This document shows, piece after piece, positions 23,229 to 34,685 of a DNA stretch of 53,608 nt. The notes beneath the pieces were generated by a model. It searched no databases. It saw only the letters and a list, made by a program, of their open reading frames with translations, and was not told the origin of the DNA. This DNA comes from a virus (Duplodnaviria > Caudoviricetes). Position 1 is the first letter of the stretch, and each line of letters opens with the position of its first letter. A program made the translations under genes and the position numbers. The stretch covers positions 1 to 53,608 of IMG/VR virus record IMGVR_UViG_3300025646_000055. One strand, 5' to 3'.

Positions 23229-25090
23229 TGGCTAAGAATAGAGATATAAAATATATAAACAGAGATTTTGGTTCTTTCAGACAAAGTCTTATTGATTATG
23301 CTAGGACCTATTTCCCAACATCATATAATGATTTTTCCCCTGCTTCTCCAGGTATGATGTTTATAGAAATGGGTTCTTATGTAGGTGATGTTCTTTCATT
23401 TTATTTGGATAACCAATTACAAGAAACATATTTACAATTTGCTCGTCAAGAAAACAATTTATTTGAATTAGCTTACATGTTTGGTTATAAACCTCGAGTA
23501 ACTGGGGTTGCAACTACTAATATTGATTTCTATCAACAAGTACCAGCTATAGAAAGTGGTTCTGGGGATTATATTCCTGATTATTCTTATGCTTTATTTG
23601 TAAATCAAAATGCTTCTATTAAATCTACAAGTAACAGTGCTGTAAGATTTTTAGTTCAAGATGATTTGAATTTTGCATCTTCAGGGTCTTTAGACCCAAC
23701 TGAAGTAACTGTTTATTCAGTTGATGGAAGTGGTAACCCAACATTTTTCTTATTAAAAAAATCAAGAAAATCTATTTCAGCTACCATTAATACTACTACA
23801 GTTTCTGTAGGTGCTCCTCAATCATTTTTTACAACTACTATTAATGATTCTAATATTGTAGAAATTTTAGATATTGTTGATTCTGATGGTAATGAATGGT
23901 ATGAAGTAGATACTTTAGGACAAGAAACCGTTTTTGATACTGTAAGAAATTCTAATGCTTTTGATCCTAATTTTACTTCAGATTCAGGGGATGTTCCTTA
24001 TCTTTTAAGATTAAGAAAAGTACAAAGAAGATTTGCTACTAAATTTTTAAATTCAGGATCTATTCAACTTCAATTTGGTGCAGGTAAAACTACAGATGAT
24101 GATGAAAGTATAATTCCTAATCCTGATAATGTAGGTATAGGGTTACCTTTTGAAAAGGTAAAATTAACTACAGCTTTTTCACCAACTAATTTTATATTTA
24201 CTAATACTTATGGTATTGCTCCTTCTAATACTACTTTAACTATTAGATATTTAACTGGAGGGGGTATTGAAGCTAATATTCCTTCTAATGATTTAACTAC
24301 TTTAACTGCTAATATTGAGTTTTTAAACAGTAATTTAGACCCAACTACAGCACAAACTGTTTTTAATTCAATAGCTGTAACTAATCCAACTGCTTCAAGT
24401 GGAGGTGGTGATGGTGATTCTATAGCAGAAATTAGGCAAAATGCTATTTCAAATTTTTCTACTCAACAAAGAACAGTAACTGCTGATGATTACTTAATTA
24501 GAGCTTTAAGTATGCCTTCTAATTATGGTTCAGTTTCTAAAGCTCATATTACTCCTGTTTCTTTAAAAGATTCACCTAATGCTGAAAATACCCCAATTTT
24601 AGATTTATATGTTTTAACATATGATCAAAATAAAAATTTAGCAATCCCTACACAAGCTTTAAAGCAAAACCTTAGAACTTATCTTTCTCAATATAGAATG
24701 GTAGGTGATACTGTTAATATAAAAGAAGCTTTTATAGTTAATATAGGTATTAATTTTGAGATAATAGTATTACCTGATTATAATAGTAGTGAAGTAATTT
24801 TGAATTGTATTAATTCCTTAATAGATTATTTTAATATTGATAATTGGCAGATTAATCAACCTATTATTTTAAAAGAATTAAATGTATTATTAGATAGAGT
24901 AGAAGGAGTTCAAACTGTTAAAAATATAGAAATAATAAATAAAACAGGTGAAAATTTAGGATATTCAAGATTTGGATATGATATATTAGGTGCTACTGCA
25001 GGTAATGTTATTTATCCTTCCTTAGACCCTATGATTTTTGAAGTTAAATATCCTACAACCGATATTCAAGGTAAAGTTGTATCATTTTAA
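23228..25090 (+). CDS. baseplate wedge subunit (T4 gp6 / baseplate J-like)
   Basis: YVGDVLSFYLD...MFGYKP; GGGDGDSIAEIRQNA...QQRTVTADDY. Confidence 0.9.
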   Translation: MAKNRDIKYINRDFGSFRQSLIDYARTYFPTSYNDFSPASPGMMFIEMGSYVGDVLSFYLDNQLQETYLQFARQENNLFELAYMFGYKPRVTGVATTNIDFYQQVPAIESGSGDYIPDYSYALFVNQNASIKSTSNSAVRFLVQDDLNFASSGSLDPTEVTVYSVDGSGNPTFFLLKKSRKSISATINTTTVSVGAPQSFFTTTINDSNIVEILDIVDSDGNEWYEVDTLGQETVFDTVRNSNAFDPNFTSDSGDVPYLLRLRKVQRRFATKFLNSGSIQLQFGAGKTTDDDESIIPNPDNVGIGLPFEKVKLTTAFSPTNFIFTNTYGIAPSNTTLTIRYLTGGGIEANIPSNDLTTLTANIEFLNSNLDPTTAQTVFNSIAVTNPTASSGGGDGDSIAEIRQNAISNFSTQQRTVTADDYLIRALSMPSNYGSVSKAHITPVSLKDSPNAENTPILDLYVLTYDQNKNLAIPTQALKQNLRTYLSQYRMVGDTVNIKEAFIVNIGINFEIIVLPDYNSSEVILNCINSLIDYFNIDNWQINQPIILKELNVLLDRVEGVQTVKNIEIINKTGENLGYSRFGYDILGATAGNVIYPSLDPMIFEVKYPTTDIQGKVVSF

Positions 25091-25106
25091 TATTTATAAA
25101 TAAAAA

Positions 25107-26279
25107 ATGGCTGTATATAAATTATTTCCTAGTAAAGATACAACTATATACTCTTTATTTCCTTCAATGAACACAGGGTTAGATGAAATCCTTGAAGCTA
25201 CTACTACAACTTTTGGTGCTAATAATACTATAAACCCTCAAGTAAGTAGATTTTTAATCCAATTTGATCAAACAGAAATTAACAATATTATAAATAGTAA
25301 AATCTCAGGATCTAATTTTGATGTTTATTTAAATTGTTTAGTTTCCACAGTAACAGGATTAACATTAAGTTCTTCAATTGTAGCTCACCCTTTAGCTAAA
25401 GAATGGCAGAATGGAACAGGTAAGTATTTAGATAATCCTTTAACAGAAGATGGAGCCAGTTGGAGATTCTCAGATTATTCTGGAAGCACAGTTTGGACAA
25501 CTGGAATCTTTGATTCTAATACTACAGCTTCATATAACACAACTTACTCTGTTATAGGAGGAGGTTTATGGTATATAACAGGAAGTAGTTTTAATCCTGT
25601 TATTTCAGCCTCACAAGAATTTTCTTTATATGAAAGTAAAGATATAAGTTTAAATGTGTCTTCTGCTGTTAAAGAATGGTATAGTGGTAGTTTAAATAAT
25701 TATGGATTTATTTTAAAACAACCTAATAGTCATGAATTTGTAAATAATAGTGAGTATCAAGTAGAATTAAAATATTTTTCTAGGGATACTCATACCATAT
25801 ACCCACCATATTTAGAATTTAGATGGAATGATTATAATTTTGATACTGGATCTTCCACATCTACTATAATTACTTCATCACAGGCTTATTTCTCACTACA
25901 AGAAAACCCAGGTGTTTTTAATGAAAATTCAGTAAATAGATTTAGGATTTATTCTAGGCCTAAATACCCTGCAAGAGTTTATCAAACATCTTCATTAACT
26001 GCTACTAACTATTATTTACCAGAATCTTCATCTTTTGCTTTAAAAGATTTGGATACTAATGAGTATGTTATTAATTTTGATTCTACTTATACTAAAATAA
26101 GTGCTGATTCTGAATCTAGTTATTTTGATATATACATGAATGGTTTAGAACCTGAAAGATATTATAAAGTTTTAATATCGTGTAGTTTAGGGGGAAATCA
26201 ATTAATAGTTGATGATGGTATGTATTTTAAAGTAAATAGAGAAGGATCAAATTTTGGTAGCTATGGTAACCAATATTAA
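25107..26279 (+). CDS. virion structural protein (DNRLRE-like beta domain)
   Basis: KDTTIYS...SRFLIQFD...NYGFILK...YFSRD..PYLEFRW. Confidence 0.65.
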   Translation: MAVYKLFPSKDTTIYSLFPSMNTGLDEILEATTTTFGANNTINPQVSRFLIQFDQTEINNIINSKISGSNFDVYLNCLVSTVTGLTLSSSIVAHPLAKEWQNGTGKYLDNPLTEDGASWRFSDYSGSTVWTTGIFDSNTTASYNTTYSVIGGGLWYITGSSFNPVISASQEFSLYESKDISLNVSSAVKEWYSGSLNNYGFILKQPNSHEFVNNSEYQVELKYFSRDTHTIYPPYLEFRWNDYNFDTGSSTSTIITSSQAYFSLQENPGVFNENSVNRFRIYSRPKYPARVYQTSSLTATNYYLPESSSFALKDLDTNEYVINFDSTYTKISADSESSYFDIYMNGLEPERYYKVLISCSLGGNQLIVDDGMYFKVNREGSNFGSYGNQY

Positions 26280-26281
26280 AA

Positions 26282-26734
26282 ATGGAAAAAAATATAAAAT
26301 TAAAGGCTAGTGTTTTTGAAAAAAATCAATATAAACAAAATATTGATACGACTTTTTCTCAATTAACTAGTTCTTTATCAATTCCTCCTGTTACCTCTTC
26401 ACTAACTATCCCTGAATTTTTTGATAAATATAATAGTTTATTTTTTGACATTCCTAGGACTGGTAGTACTAGTTTATCAGTTTTACCTTCAGGTTCTCAT
26501 GCTTTAATAGCTGCAACTTTTAATCCAGTAAATGATCCTGTGATTCAAGATTTATTACAACAAATTAATGACATTAGAGAAGAAATATCAAGTATAAACT
26601 TACAAATTCTACAAATTTCAGACCCTGAATTTGTTGAATTAAATCCGGATGCTGCTGAAACAGGTTCTGTAAGTAGTGCTTTTAATACTTTAGGTCAAAG
26701 TAATAGTAATCTTGAAAATTTTGCAACTCCTTAA
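26282..26734 (+). CDS. structural hypothetical protein, paralog A
   Basis: Similar to 26745-27107. Confidence 0.7.
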   Translation: MEKNIKLKASVFEKNQYKQNIDTTFSQLTSSLSIPPVTSSLTIPEFFDKYNSLFFDIPRTGSTSLSVLPSGSHALIAATFNPVNDPVIQDLLQQINDIREEISSINLQILQISDPEFVELNPDAAETGSVSSAFNTLGQSNSNLENFATP

Positions 26735-26744
26735 ATAAAAAATT

Positions 26745-27107
26745 ATGGCCGAAAAAATTCAATTAAATGACCAAGTTTTTAATAGAGATCAATATTTAAA
26801 AACTATTAATACTAAATTTTCTGAGTTTGGAATAGCCCCTACAGCCACTCCAATTGACCCAGGTTATACTGTTTATGATTTTTTTAAAGATTATAGTAGA
26901 TTATTACCTTCTATACCTGATGAAGGTGAATTTAACTCTAAACAATATTTAATACAAAGAAGCGGAAATTATGTTTATGAAGAAGATATTAATAATACTA
27001 TAAGTGAATTATTATTAGAATTAACAGAATTAATAAATGAACTTATTAATAAACAACAAGAATTAGCCCAAGTTCAGATTGATGCTGCAACTAGAAATTT
27101 AAGTTAA
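26745..27107 (+). CDS. structural hypothetical protein, paralog B
   Basis: VF..QY...I.T.FS...FF..Y..L...IP..G shared with paralog A. Confidence 0.7.
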   Translation: MAEKIQLNDQVFNRDQYLKTINTKFSEFGIAPTATPIDPGYTVYDFFKDYSRLLPSIPDEGEFNSKQYLIQRSGNYVYEEDINNTISELLLELTELINELINKQQELAQVQIDAATRNLS

Positions 27108-27151
27108 TAAATTTTAATAGACATTTTTAAAAAGCTAATATTTAGAACCAT

Positions 27152-30100
27152 ATGGCTATAGTACAAAATATTCAATCATTAGACCCAATTACATTAGAAT
27201 ATCAAGATTATTCTACAGATGATATTTCATTAATTTCTAGTTCTATTTTTACCTCAACTTGGTTAGATAATAGAGATTATATAGAATATTATGTTTATAA
27301 TCTTAATGGAGATATTATTGAATCTGATTCTAATTTACAGAATTATTTAAGTACAAATGAAGGTTTAATAATAAATCCTGACCAAGATATTCAAAATTTA
27401 GGATTTGTTGAAGGTACTTTTAATGTTTTATATCACTTCTTTAACCCTTTATTATCATCAAGTATTGATGTAAATTATTACATCTCTCAAATATCATCTG
27501 ATAGAACTGAGTTAAAAATTAACACTAATCAGTTAACAGGAAATGAAATTTCTGCAGGTTACAACTCCTTAAAGCAAATTTTATCTACTGCTACTTATTA
27601 TAAAGACTTCTTCTTAAATTTTGGTGATAATAAATTAGTTATAGCTAATAATGCTTTAATTGATACCTCAGATCCTACTAATATTGGGGTTTTTATTAAA
27701 TTATATGAACCTTTACCTGCTGAGTTTAGTTTAAAAAACAAATTATGGGTAGTAGATAAAGTAGCAGATTCTGTAGCATATCAAATAGAATTACAGGATG
27801 ATACAGTTTTTTCAACAACTACCCCTTTCTTACAGGGTCCTAATTTTAATTTAAAAATTCAAGATGAGGTAAATAATTCTTCTGATTTTTTAAATTTATC
27901 TCAATTAAGAAATTCTCCTAGTGCTAGTTTATATAACCAATTAGGTAATATCCTAAATAAAAAAGGGATTGAACCTAATATCGATTATACAAATTATTCT
28001 GAATTTGTATATTTCTCTTCAGTTGAAACTCGTATTGAAAATTTTTATTATAAATTACAATTATTAGAAGATTATCAAATTAGTAGTAGTTTAGCAACTT
28101 CTACCCCTACTACTCCTATTTCAGCAAGTTCTGCTGTTTATCAAAATTTAATTTCTGGTATTATAGAAAATTTTGATGGGTTTGAACGTTATATGTATTT
28201 TGAATCTGGTAGTAAAACTTGGCCTAAATCTAATTCTACAAAACCCTATACATTATATAATACTACTTCTTCAGAAGCACAAACTTGGTTAGCTGAAAAT
28301 TTAACAAGCGGTTCTGATTATGATAGAGAAAATGTTAATAATTTAGTTTATACTATACCTGATTTTATTAGAGAAGATTCAGATAATTCTAATTATGAGT
28401 TATTTGTTGAAATGATGGGTCAACATTTTGATAGTATTTGGGTTTATATTAAAGATATTAGCAATAAATACGATAGAGATAATAGAGTAAATTATGGTGC
28501 CTCTAGGGATTTAATTGCAGATATTTTACGAGATTTTGGTATTAAAATTTATCAAAATAATTTTAGTAATCAAGATTTATATAATGCGTTTTTAGGTATA
28601 GGAGCTAGTGGTAGTCTTTTACCTCCAACAGGTTCTGAATTAATTACAAATTATATAACTGCTTCTTCTGATGTAATTCCTTTAAGTGAAGTAAATGAAG
28701 AAATCTATAGTAGATTATATCATAACTTACCTACTATTTTAAAGAAAAAAGGTACAATAGATGCCCTAAGAATTATTATCAATTGTTATGGTGTTCCTAA
28801 TACTATTTTAAGAATATCTGAATTTGGGGGTAAAGATAGAGATAATTCAAATGATTGGGATTATTGGTATAATAAAGCTAATTATGCTTTTACCCCTTCA
28901 GGATCTGGGGGATGGGTAGAAATCCCTTGGACATCTTCAGCTAATTCATCTGAATATCCAAAAACTGTAGAATTTCGTTTTAAATCACCTAATCTAGCTA
29001 CAGTTACATCATATAGTCAATCATTAGCAGTAACAAAAAATTCAACGGATTTTGCCGTAGTTATTGAATATACTGGTTCATTATTTACATCTGGTTCATA
29101 CTCAGGTTCAATAGTAAACCCTGAAAATACTTTTGCTACTATTAAATATATAAATGCTACTAATAATACTTCAGCTAGTGTTTATATGCCTGTATTTAAT
29201 AATACTTGGGTATCTTTAATGGTTACTGAAATTGCTTCAGGAAGTGAATATGTTTATAATTTATATACAGCTAATAAACTTTATACAGGTAATGATGGGT
29301 CACAAATAGGATTTTATCAATCAGCTTCTTGTTCAGGAAGTACAGCCTGGTCTGATGAAGGTACTTTACTATTACCTTACAGTAGTTCTTATACTTACGG
29401 AGGTAAAACTTACCAACCATTTACAGGCTCACTTCAAGAAGTTAGATATTATGATATAGCTTTAAATACTCAATCTTTTGAAGATTATGTAATGAACCCA
29501 TTATCTATAGAAGGTAATGCTTTAGAAGGTTCAAATTCATCTTTAAATTCTTTATTTTTTAGAGCTCCTTTAGGTGCTGTTTTAGATAATTCAGGAACAG
29601 GAAACCAATCTAGAACTTCAGTCCATCCTTCAGTAACAGGTTCTTATACTCCTACTTCTTCATTTGATAATGGAAGTTCTTATAGTATAAGTGGTTCTTA
29701 TGTTTTTTCTACAAATGAAGAATATATTTTCCTAGACCAAGTAGTTAGTGGTGTAAAAAATAGAATAAATGATAAGATTAGAATTGATGTTCAAACAACA
29801 GCATCAGGAGATACTTTATCACCCTTAGTTAAAATAGAAACTAATCCTCCACAAAATCAAACATATACTAGAGATTTAACTACTTTAGAAATTGCTTTTT
29901 CTCCTCAAAATGAGATTAATGATGATATTATAAACCAATTAGGTTTCTTTAATATAGGAGAATATCTAGGTAATCCTTCTTTACTATCTACTACAGGTTC
30001 TAATCAATATCCTGATTTAGAAAAATTTAGAAATAATTTTTTTGAAAAATATACACATAATTACAACTTAAAAGATTATACAAGATTAATTAAATATTTT

Positions 30101-33100
30101 GATAATTCTTTATTTAAGTTACTTAAAGATTTTGTTCCTGCTAGAGTAGAAGCCTCTACAGGTTTAGTTATAAAACAACATTTATTAGAAAGAAACAGAG
30201 TACCAATTTTATTACCAACTTTTATAGACCTTTCATACTCAGGTTCTGTTAATATTGGTAGTATTAAAGGAGGTACTTTAGGTTCTTTTGAACAGTATAA
30301 TCAATTTTCATATAGTCCTGAAGGTCAGTCTGAAGGAGTTAATCCTTCTGCAGGTTCTTTTATAATGGATTTAACACAATCTTTTAGTGAAAGCATTTCA
30401 ACTGTAAGTGGTAGTGTGGTAGAAATTAATAGCACACAAGCAGAATTTTACACAGGTGAATTTAGTGGTTCTATAATTACAGTAACAACTCAATCGTTAA
30501 ACCCTCAATGTGCTATATTTTTAGATGCTATTGATGAAGCTCTACAATATTCTCCTATAGTATTTTCTTCTACTTTTGGAAATACTATTGAACAATTTAA
30601 TACTTTAACCCCTAAATCAGGTCAAATATTAATCCTATATTCAGGAGAAACTTATCAAAATGGTTTCCAAGGAGTTCAATATGTTAAAATCCATAAAGAA
30701 GATATTAATGGAGATGATCAATCTCAATTTATACAAGATATTAATAATTTAAGGTTATTATTTGAAAGTAATAATTTATTTGAATTACCTGTAGAAACAA
30801 TTTCTGAAGCCTCTACTCATTATACTTATCAGATTTCAGAAAATGGAGTTGTAGATATTATAAATGATACTACTTACAGAAAACCAAGTAATTTTATAAC
30901 GGGTAGTGTTACTTATAGTTTATCCTCAGTTCCTGGTCCTTTTACATCATCTTTTACTGTTTTAAATGATGCTTATTATGCTACTGGAAGTGAAGCAAGA
31001 ACTTTAAATGATACAGCAGTAGGAGCTGATGGTGAATGGTATACAGATAACTTAACTCCTTCAAGTGGGTCTTCATATCTTATTACAATTTCGACCACAG
31101 GTTCAGGGGGTGAAATTTTTATAGGAGATAAACTTAAAAATGTTATTACAGGTTCAAATTGGATTTTATCTGCTATAGATTATTCTGGAGATAATAGTTC
31201 ATTTTCATATATTATAGACTCAAATAATGGTGCTGGTGGTTCTCCTGAAGCAGTGGAATTTAGTGTAACATTCTTTTCAGGTTCGGGTCCTTCTTCAAAT
31301 TTAAATAATGGTAGTCCTTATAACCTTATTTTTGAAAACATTACAACTAATGAAATCATAGTAACAGGTTTTATGCCTTCAGGTTTAAATGGTCAAAACC
31401 CAACTGTCCCTGTTAATTTCAATAATGTTGGAAATTCAACTATAAGTGGAGATAAAATAGGACAAAATATATTATTTTTTGATTTTCCTATCTCATCTGA
31501 TAGTTCATGGAATAGAACAGGTTCAGTAACAGCTTCTATAGATACTGATTTTACTCAAAGTATTGTAGATACTGCTGATGATGAAACTAGTACTTTATTT
31601 ACTGCTTACAAATATACTACAGCTATAACTGAGTCAGGTGAAGCTAATGATTTTGCTATATTTAATTTTAACTTTAAAGTAAACTTTTCAGGATCTGTAA
31701 CTTATAACAATACAGGAATGGATCCTTCTACGGGTTATAATTTTAATTTTGGTATAGCTAAAAATACTACTCCTTTATTCTTCTCAGATGTAATTAATTT
31801 ACCCGTTAATGCTTCTTCAGGTTCTCAATTATCTTCATCTTTTAGTGAAGATGTTATATTTAATTATTCAATTTCAGCCTCTAACATTACACCTTTTAAC
31901 CCATTTGAAAATTTAACTTTCTTTATACAAGATAAAGTAGGAGTGGGACAGGTTATAGGTGGGGATTTAGGTGATATATCTTCTTCATTAGACCAATATT
32001 TCCAAGAAATTAAAGTAACATTAACAGCCTCAGATGCCTCTGGTAATTTAATAGCTACTCAATCTTTTAGTACTGCTTCTACAATTGTAGAACCTTACTT
32101 AACTCAGCCTTTTTATAATACAAGTTGTGATGTATTATCAGGATTAGTAGATCAATATGAAAAGAATAAAATTTACTTAGAATCAAGATATCCTGCTATA
32201 GGACCCCAATTTACAACATCACCTTCTAGTTCTTTTATACCACAAAATTTTAATAGGATATTAAATAATACTGCTATAAGATCAAATGTAAAACCTTATA
32301 ATTATAGTCATACTCCTCATATTAGAGCAAGATACAATGGTACAAAAATAATATCACCTGATGTTAACCAAGTATCAGGAGGAATTATTTCTGCTATTAA
32401 AAATACTAAAGATCTATTTTTTGATAAAAATTTATTAAATATAAATGGTTCTACTATAACTCCTAAACCTATTAATACAATGGTAGTTAGTGATAGAATT
32501 CCTATCAAATCACTAAAATCTATTGCTGTTAGTTTTAAAAATATAAATGATGCTGCTCCCGAAATAAAAAATGCATCTATAGTACAAGTTGATAAAATTT
32601 TAACTCCTTCTGTAGCTAGTATAACATCTCTTAATGCTACTGCTCTTAGAGAAAACGCAGAAGATGTATCTTTAAGATTAAACCAATCAGGAATACTGGA
32701 TGTAAGTAATTATCCTCAGTTAGATGGTTTCTCATTTGCCCAACCAGACATTGAAAATAATTTCAGTACTAATGATTTTGTAAATGTTGAAGTATTTGAT
32801 ATCCAAGAATTTGAATCAGATCAAAGAAATCTAGTAGGTCAAAAACAAGTACTTAAAGGAGGTAAAAGAGTAGATCCTGTATTATATAATGAGATTTATA
32901 ACCCTTTAACTAGAACTAGTACTTTTACTTCATCAATTCCATTCCAGATAGATGTTCCTGCAAGTGTAGATTATGAATTTATAGCTAGAAACACAGGAAG
33001 TTATACATTTGTTCCAACTGCTTCCTCTCAAGTTACTTATAACTGGACAACTCAGAGTAATTCTACAAGTGGTGTTAATGCAAGTTTTAATCTTACTACA

Positions 33101-33937
33101 GATACTTATACTTTTACTAGTGCATCTATAACTGATATCAAATTTTCTACTAAAGTAACATTATCTTCACCTACTTCATCTTTACTAGATGGTTTATTTA
33201 CAGTTAGATTATTGAAAAATAATAATATAACTTTAGAAGAAGGTTTATTAAATTTAGCTGCAGGTGGGGCTACAAGTAGTATTACCTTAGAACAAGAAGA
33301 TTTTGCTTCTTTTGAAGCTGGTGATACTGTAAAAGTAGTAATTATTCCACAAGAAGTTAAAGCTGTAGGAACTATAAGAGTTAATGCATTTAATAATGAT
33401 TATTTTAAATCTACTCAATTAGGATTTAATGAATCATCAATTACAACTTCTTCTATATGGACAACAGGTTCAGTTGATAGTACATGGTTAACAGGATCTA
33501 CATCTTTAGCTAGATCTTATGGTAGAACCCCAATAAACATTCCTGATTCAGGATTTAGTCCTTTAGTTATTCCTTTTGAAATTAAAATTGGGGATGAGAT
33601 TAGGTTTGAGGGTAATGAAAGTAGTACTAGAATTATTTTAGATGTTGTTCAAAGTGATGGTTCTTCATTAAGAGGAAGTTTTATAGGAGCTGAAACAGGA
33701 TATCAAGTATCTTATGCACCTAATCTTCAAATTCAACTTAATGCTCCACCCCCAAGTGGTAGTAATATAAATCAATTTATGATTAGAAGGTATACTGATG
33801 ATGCTAAATTTATTTTATTAAAAGGTCAAAAACCTAACATAGGAACTACTTCCCAAGGTTATTTAACTCCTAAATATCAATCCCCAGCTTTATCTGATTT
33901 TTTAGGAAGTCCTAATAGTCTTAACCAAGTAAATTAA
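27152..33937 (+). CDS. very large baseplate/tail protein (2261 aa)
   Basis: Tail-protein-I/gp7-like NLPTILKKKGTIDALRIIINCYG; FVPARV...GLVI; LamG-like segment. Confidence 0.75.
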   Translation: MAIVQNIQSLDPITLEYQDYSTDDISLISSSIFTSTWLDNRDYIEYYVYNLNGDIIESDSNLQNYLSTNEGLIINPDQDIQNLGFVEGTFNVLYHFFNPLLSSSIDVNYYISQISSDRTELKINTNQLTGNEISAGYNSLKQILSTATYYKDFFLNFGDNKLVIANNALIDTSDPTNIGVFIKLYEPLPAEFSLKNKLWVVDKVADSVAYQIELQDDTVFSTTTPFLQGPNFNLKIQDEVNNSSDFLNLSQLRNSPSASLYNQLGNILNKKGIEPNIDYTNYSEFVYFSSVETRIENFYYKLQLLEDYQISSSLATSTPTTPISASSAVYQNLISGIIENFDGFERYMYFESGSKTWPKSNSTKPYTLYNTTSSEAQTWLAENLTSGSDYDRENVNNLVYTIPDFIREDSDNSNYELFVEMMGQHFDSIWVYIKDISNKYDRDNRVNYGASRDLIADILRDFGIKIYQNNFSNQDLYNAFLGIGASGSLLPPTGSELITNYITASSDVIPLSEVNEEIYSRLYHNLPTILKKKGTIDALRIIINCYGVPNTILRISEFGGKDRDNSNDWDYWYNKANYAFTPSGSGGWVEIPWTSSANSSEYPKTVEFRFKSPNLATVTSYSQSLAVTKNSTDFAVVIEYTGSLFTSGSYSGSIVNPENTFATIKYINATNNTSASVYMPVFNNTWVSLMVTEIASGSEYVYNLYTANKLYTGNDGSQIGFYQSASCSGSTAWSDEGTLLLPYSSSYTYGGKTYQPFTGSLQEVRYYDIALNTQSFEDYVMNPLSIEGNALEGSNSSLNSLFFRAPLGAVLDNSGTGNQSRTSVHPSVTGSYTPTSSFDNGSSYSISGSYVFSTNEEYIFLDQVVSGVKNRINDKIRIDVQTTASGDTLSPLVKIETNPPQNQTYTRDLTTLEIAFSPQNEINDDIINQLGFFNIGEYLGNPSLLSTTGSNQYPDLEKFRNNFFEKYTHNYNLKDYTRLIKYFDNSLFKLLKDFVPARVEASTGLVIKQHLLERNRVPILLPTFIDLSYSGSVNIGSIKGGTLGSFEQYNQFSYSPEGQSEGVNPSAGSFIMDLTQSFSESISTVSGSVVEINSTQAEFYTGEFSGSIITVTTQSLNPQCAIFLDAIDEALQYSPIVFSSTFGNTIEQFNTLTPKSGQILILYSGETYQNGFQGVQYVKIHKEDINGDDQSQFIQDINNLRLLFESNNLFELPVETISEASTHYTYQISENGVVDIINDTTYRKPSNFITGSVTYSLSSVPGPFTSSFTVLNDAYYATGSEARTLNDTAVGADGEWYTDNLTPSSGSSYLITISTTGSGGEIFIGDKLKNVITGSNWILSAIDYSGDNSSFSYIIDSNNGAGGSPEAVEFSVTFFSGSGPSSNLNNGSPYNLIFENITTNEIIVTGFMPSGLNGQNPTVPVNFNNVGNSTISGDKIGQNILFFDFPISSDSSWNRTGSVTASIDTDFTQSIVDTADDETSTLFTAYKYTTAITESGEANDFAIFNFNFKVNFSGSVTYNNTGMDPSTGYNFNFGIAKNTTPLFFSDVINLPVNASSGSQLSSSFSEDVIFNYSISASNITPFNPFENLTFFIQDKVGVGQVIGGDLGDISSSLDQYFQEIKVTLTASDASGNLIATQSFSTASTIVEPYLTQPFYNTSCDVLSGLVDQYEKNKIYLESRYPAIGPQFTTSPSSSFIPQNFNRILNNTAIRSNVKPYNYSHTPHIRARYNGTKIISPDVNQVSGGIISAIKNTKDLFFDKNLLNINGSTITPKPINTMVVSDRIPIKSLKSIAVSFKNINDAAPEIKNASIVQVDKILTPSVASITSLNATALRENAEDVSLRLNQSGILDVSNYPQLDGFSFAQPDIENNFSTNDFVNVEVFDIQEFESDQRNLVGQKQVLKGGKRVDPVLYNEIYNPLTRTSTFTSSIPFQIDVPASVDYEFIARNTGSYTFVPTASSQVTYNWTTQSNSTSGVNASFNLTTDTYTFTSASITDIKFSTKVTLSSPTSSLLDGLFTVRLLKNNNITLEEGLLNLAAGGATSSITLEQEDFASFEAGDTVKVVIIPQEVKAVGTIRVNAFNNDYFKSTQLGFNESSITTSSIWTTGSVDSTWLTGSTSLARSYGRTPINIPDSGFSPLVIPFEIKIGDEIRFEGNESSTRIILDVVQSDGSSLRGSFIGAETGYQVSYAPNLQIQLNAPPPSGSNINQFMIRRYTDDAKFILLKGQKPNIGTTSQGYLTPKYQSPALSDFLGSPNSLNQVN

Positions 33938-34005
33938 AAATAATTGGAGATAAATTTTAAAATATTTAAATTAACGATATTTATACGAGATAAAATTAAT
34001 AAAAA

Positions 34006-34668
34006 ATGGCATATTTAAACAATACTATTGTAACCGTTGATGCAATTATAACCAAAAAAGGAAGAGAATTGCTAGCTCAAGGTAATGGAGCTTATAATAT
34101 TACTAAGTTTGCTTTATCTGACGATGAAATTGATTACACATTATATAATCCTTCTCACCCATCAGGTTCAGCATATTATGGAGAGGCAATTGAAAACATG
34201 CCTCTATTAGAAGCTTTTCCTGATGAAACTCAAATTATGAAGTATAAATTAACTACTGCAACCCGTGGTACTTATGTTATACCTTTTATAACCGGTGTAG
34301 CTGGAAGTTATTCTATCGTACAAGCTAGTGCTCAAACTATTACACCTTTAACTTCAAGAGGAGGAAGCTTAGGCAATGTAACTGAAACTTATTCTTTTAC
34401 TTTATCTGATGTTAGATTATATTCTACTATTAATATTGCAGGGGTTCCAAACAATCAACCAAGTACTATTAATGTAACTCAAGATATAGCTTCATCTTTA
34501 GGAACTAATGTTTCTAGAACATACACAGGAACTGGTATTACTATAACTGCTACTTCTACTAATGTGTTATTTGGTAATTCTACTTCAATTAACTCATTAT
34601 TAATAATTCAGGGAAATACTTCGGGTGCTCGTTTACAAGTACCTATTACTATAACAAGATCAGCTTAA
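34006..34668 (+). CDS. baseplate/tail-fibre attachment protein
   Basis: IITKKGRELLAQG...ITKFALSDDEIDY. Confidence 0.65.
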   Translation: MAYLNNTIVTVDAIITKKGRELLAQGNGAYNITKFALSDDEIDYTLYNPSHPSGSAYYGEAIENMPLLEAFPDETQIMKYKLTTATRGTYVIPFITGVAGSYSIVQASAQTITPLTSRGGSLGNVTETYSFTLSDVRLYSTINIAGVPNNQPSTINVTQDIASSLGTNVSRTYTGTGITITATSTNVLFGNSTSINSLLIIQGNTSGARLQVPITITRSA

Positions 34669-34685
34669 TATAAAATTATATAACA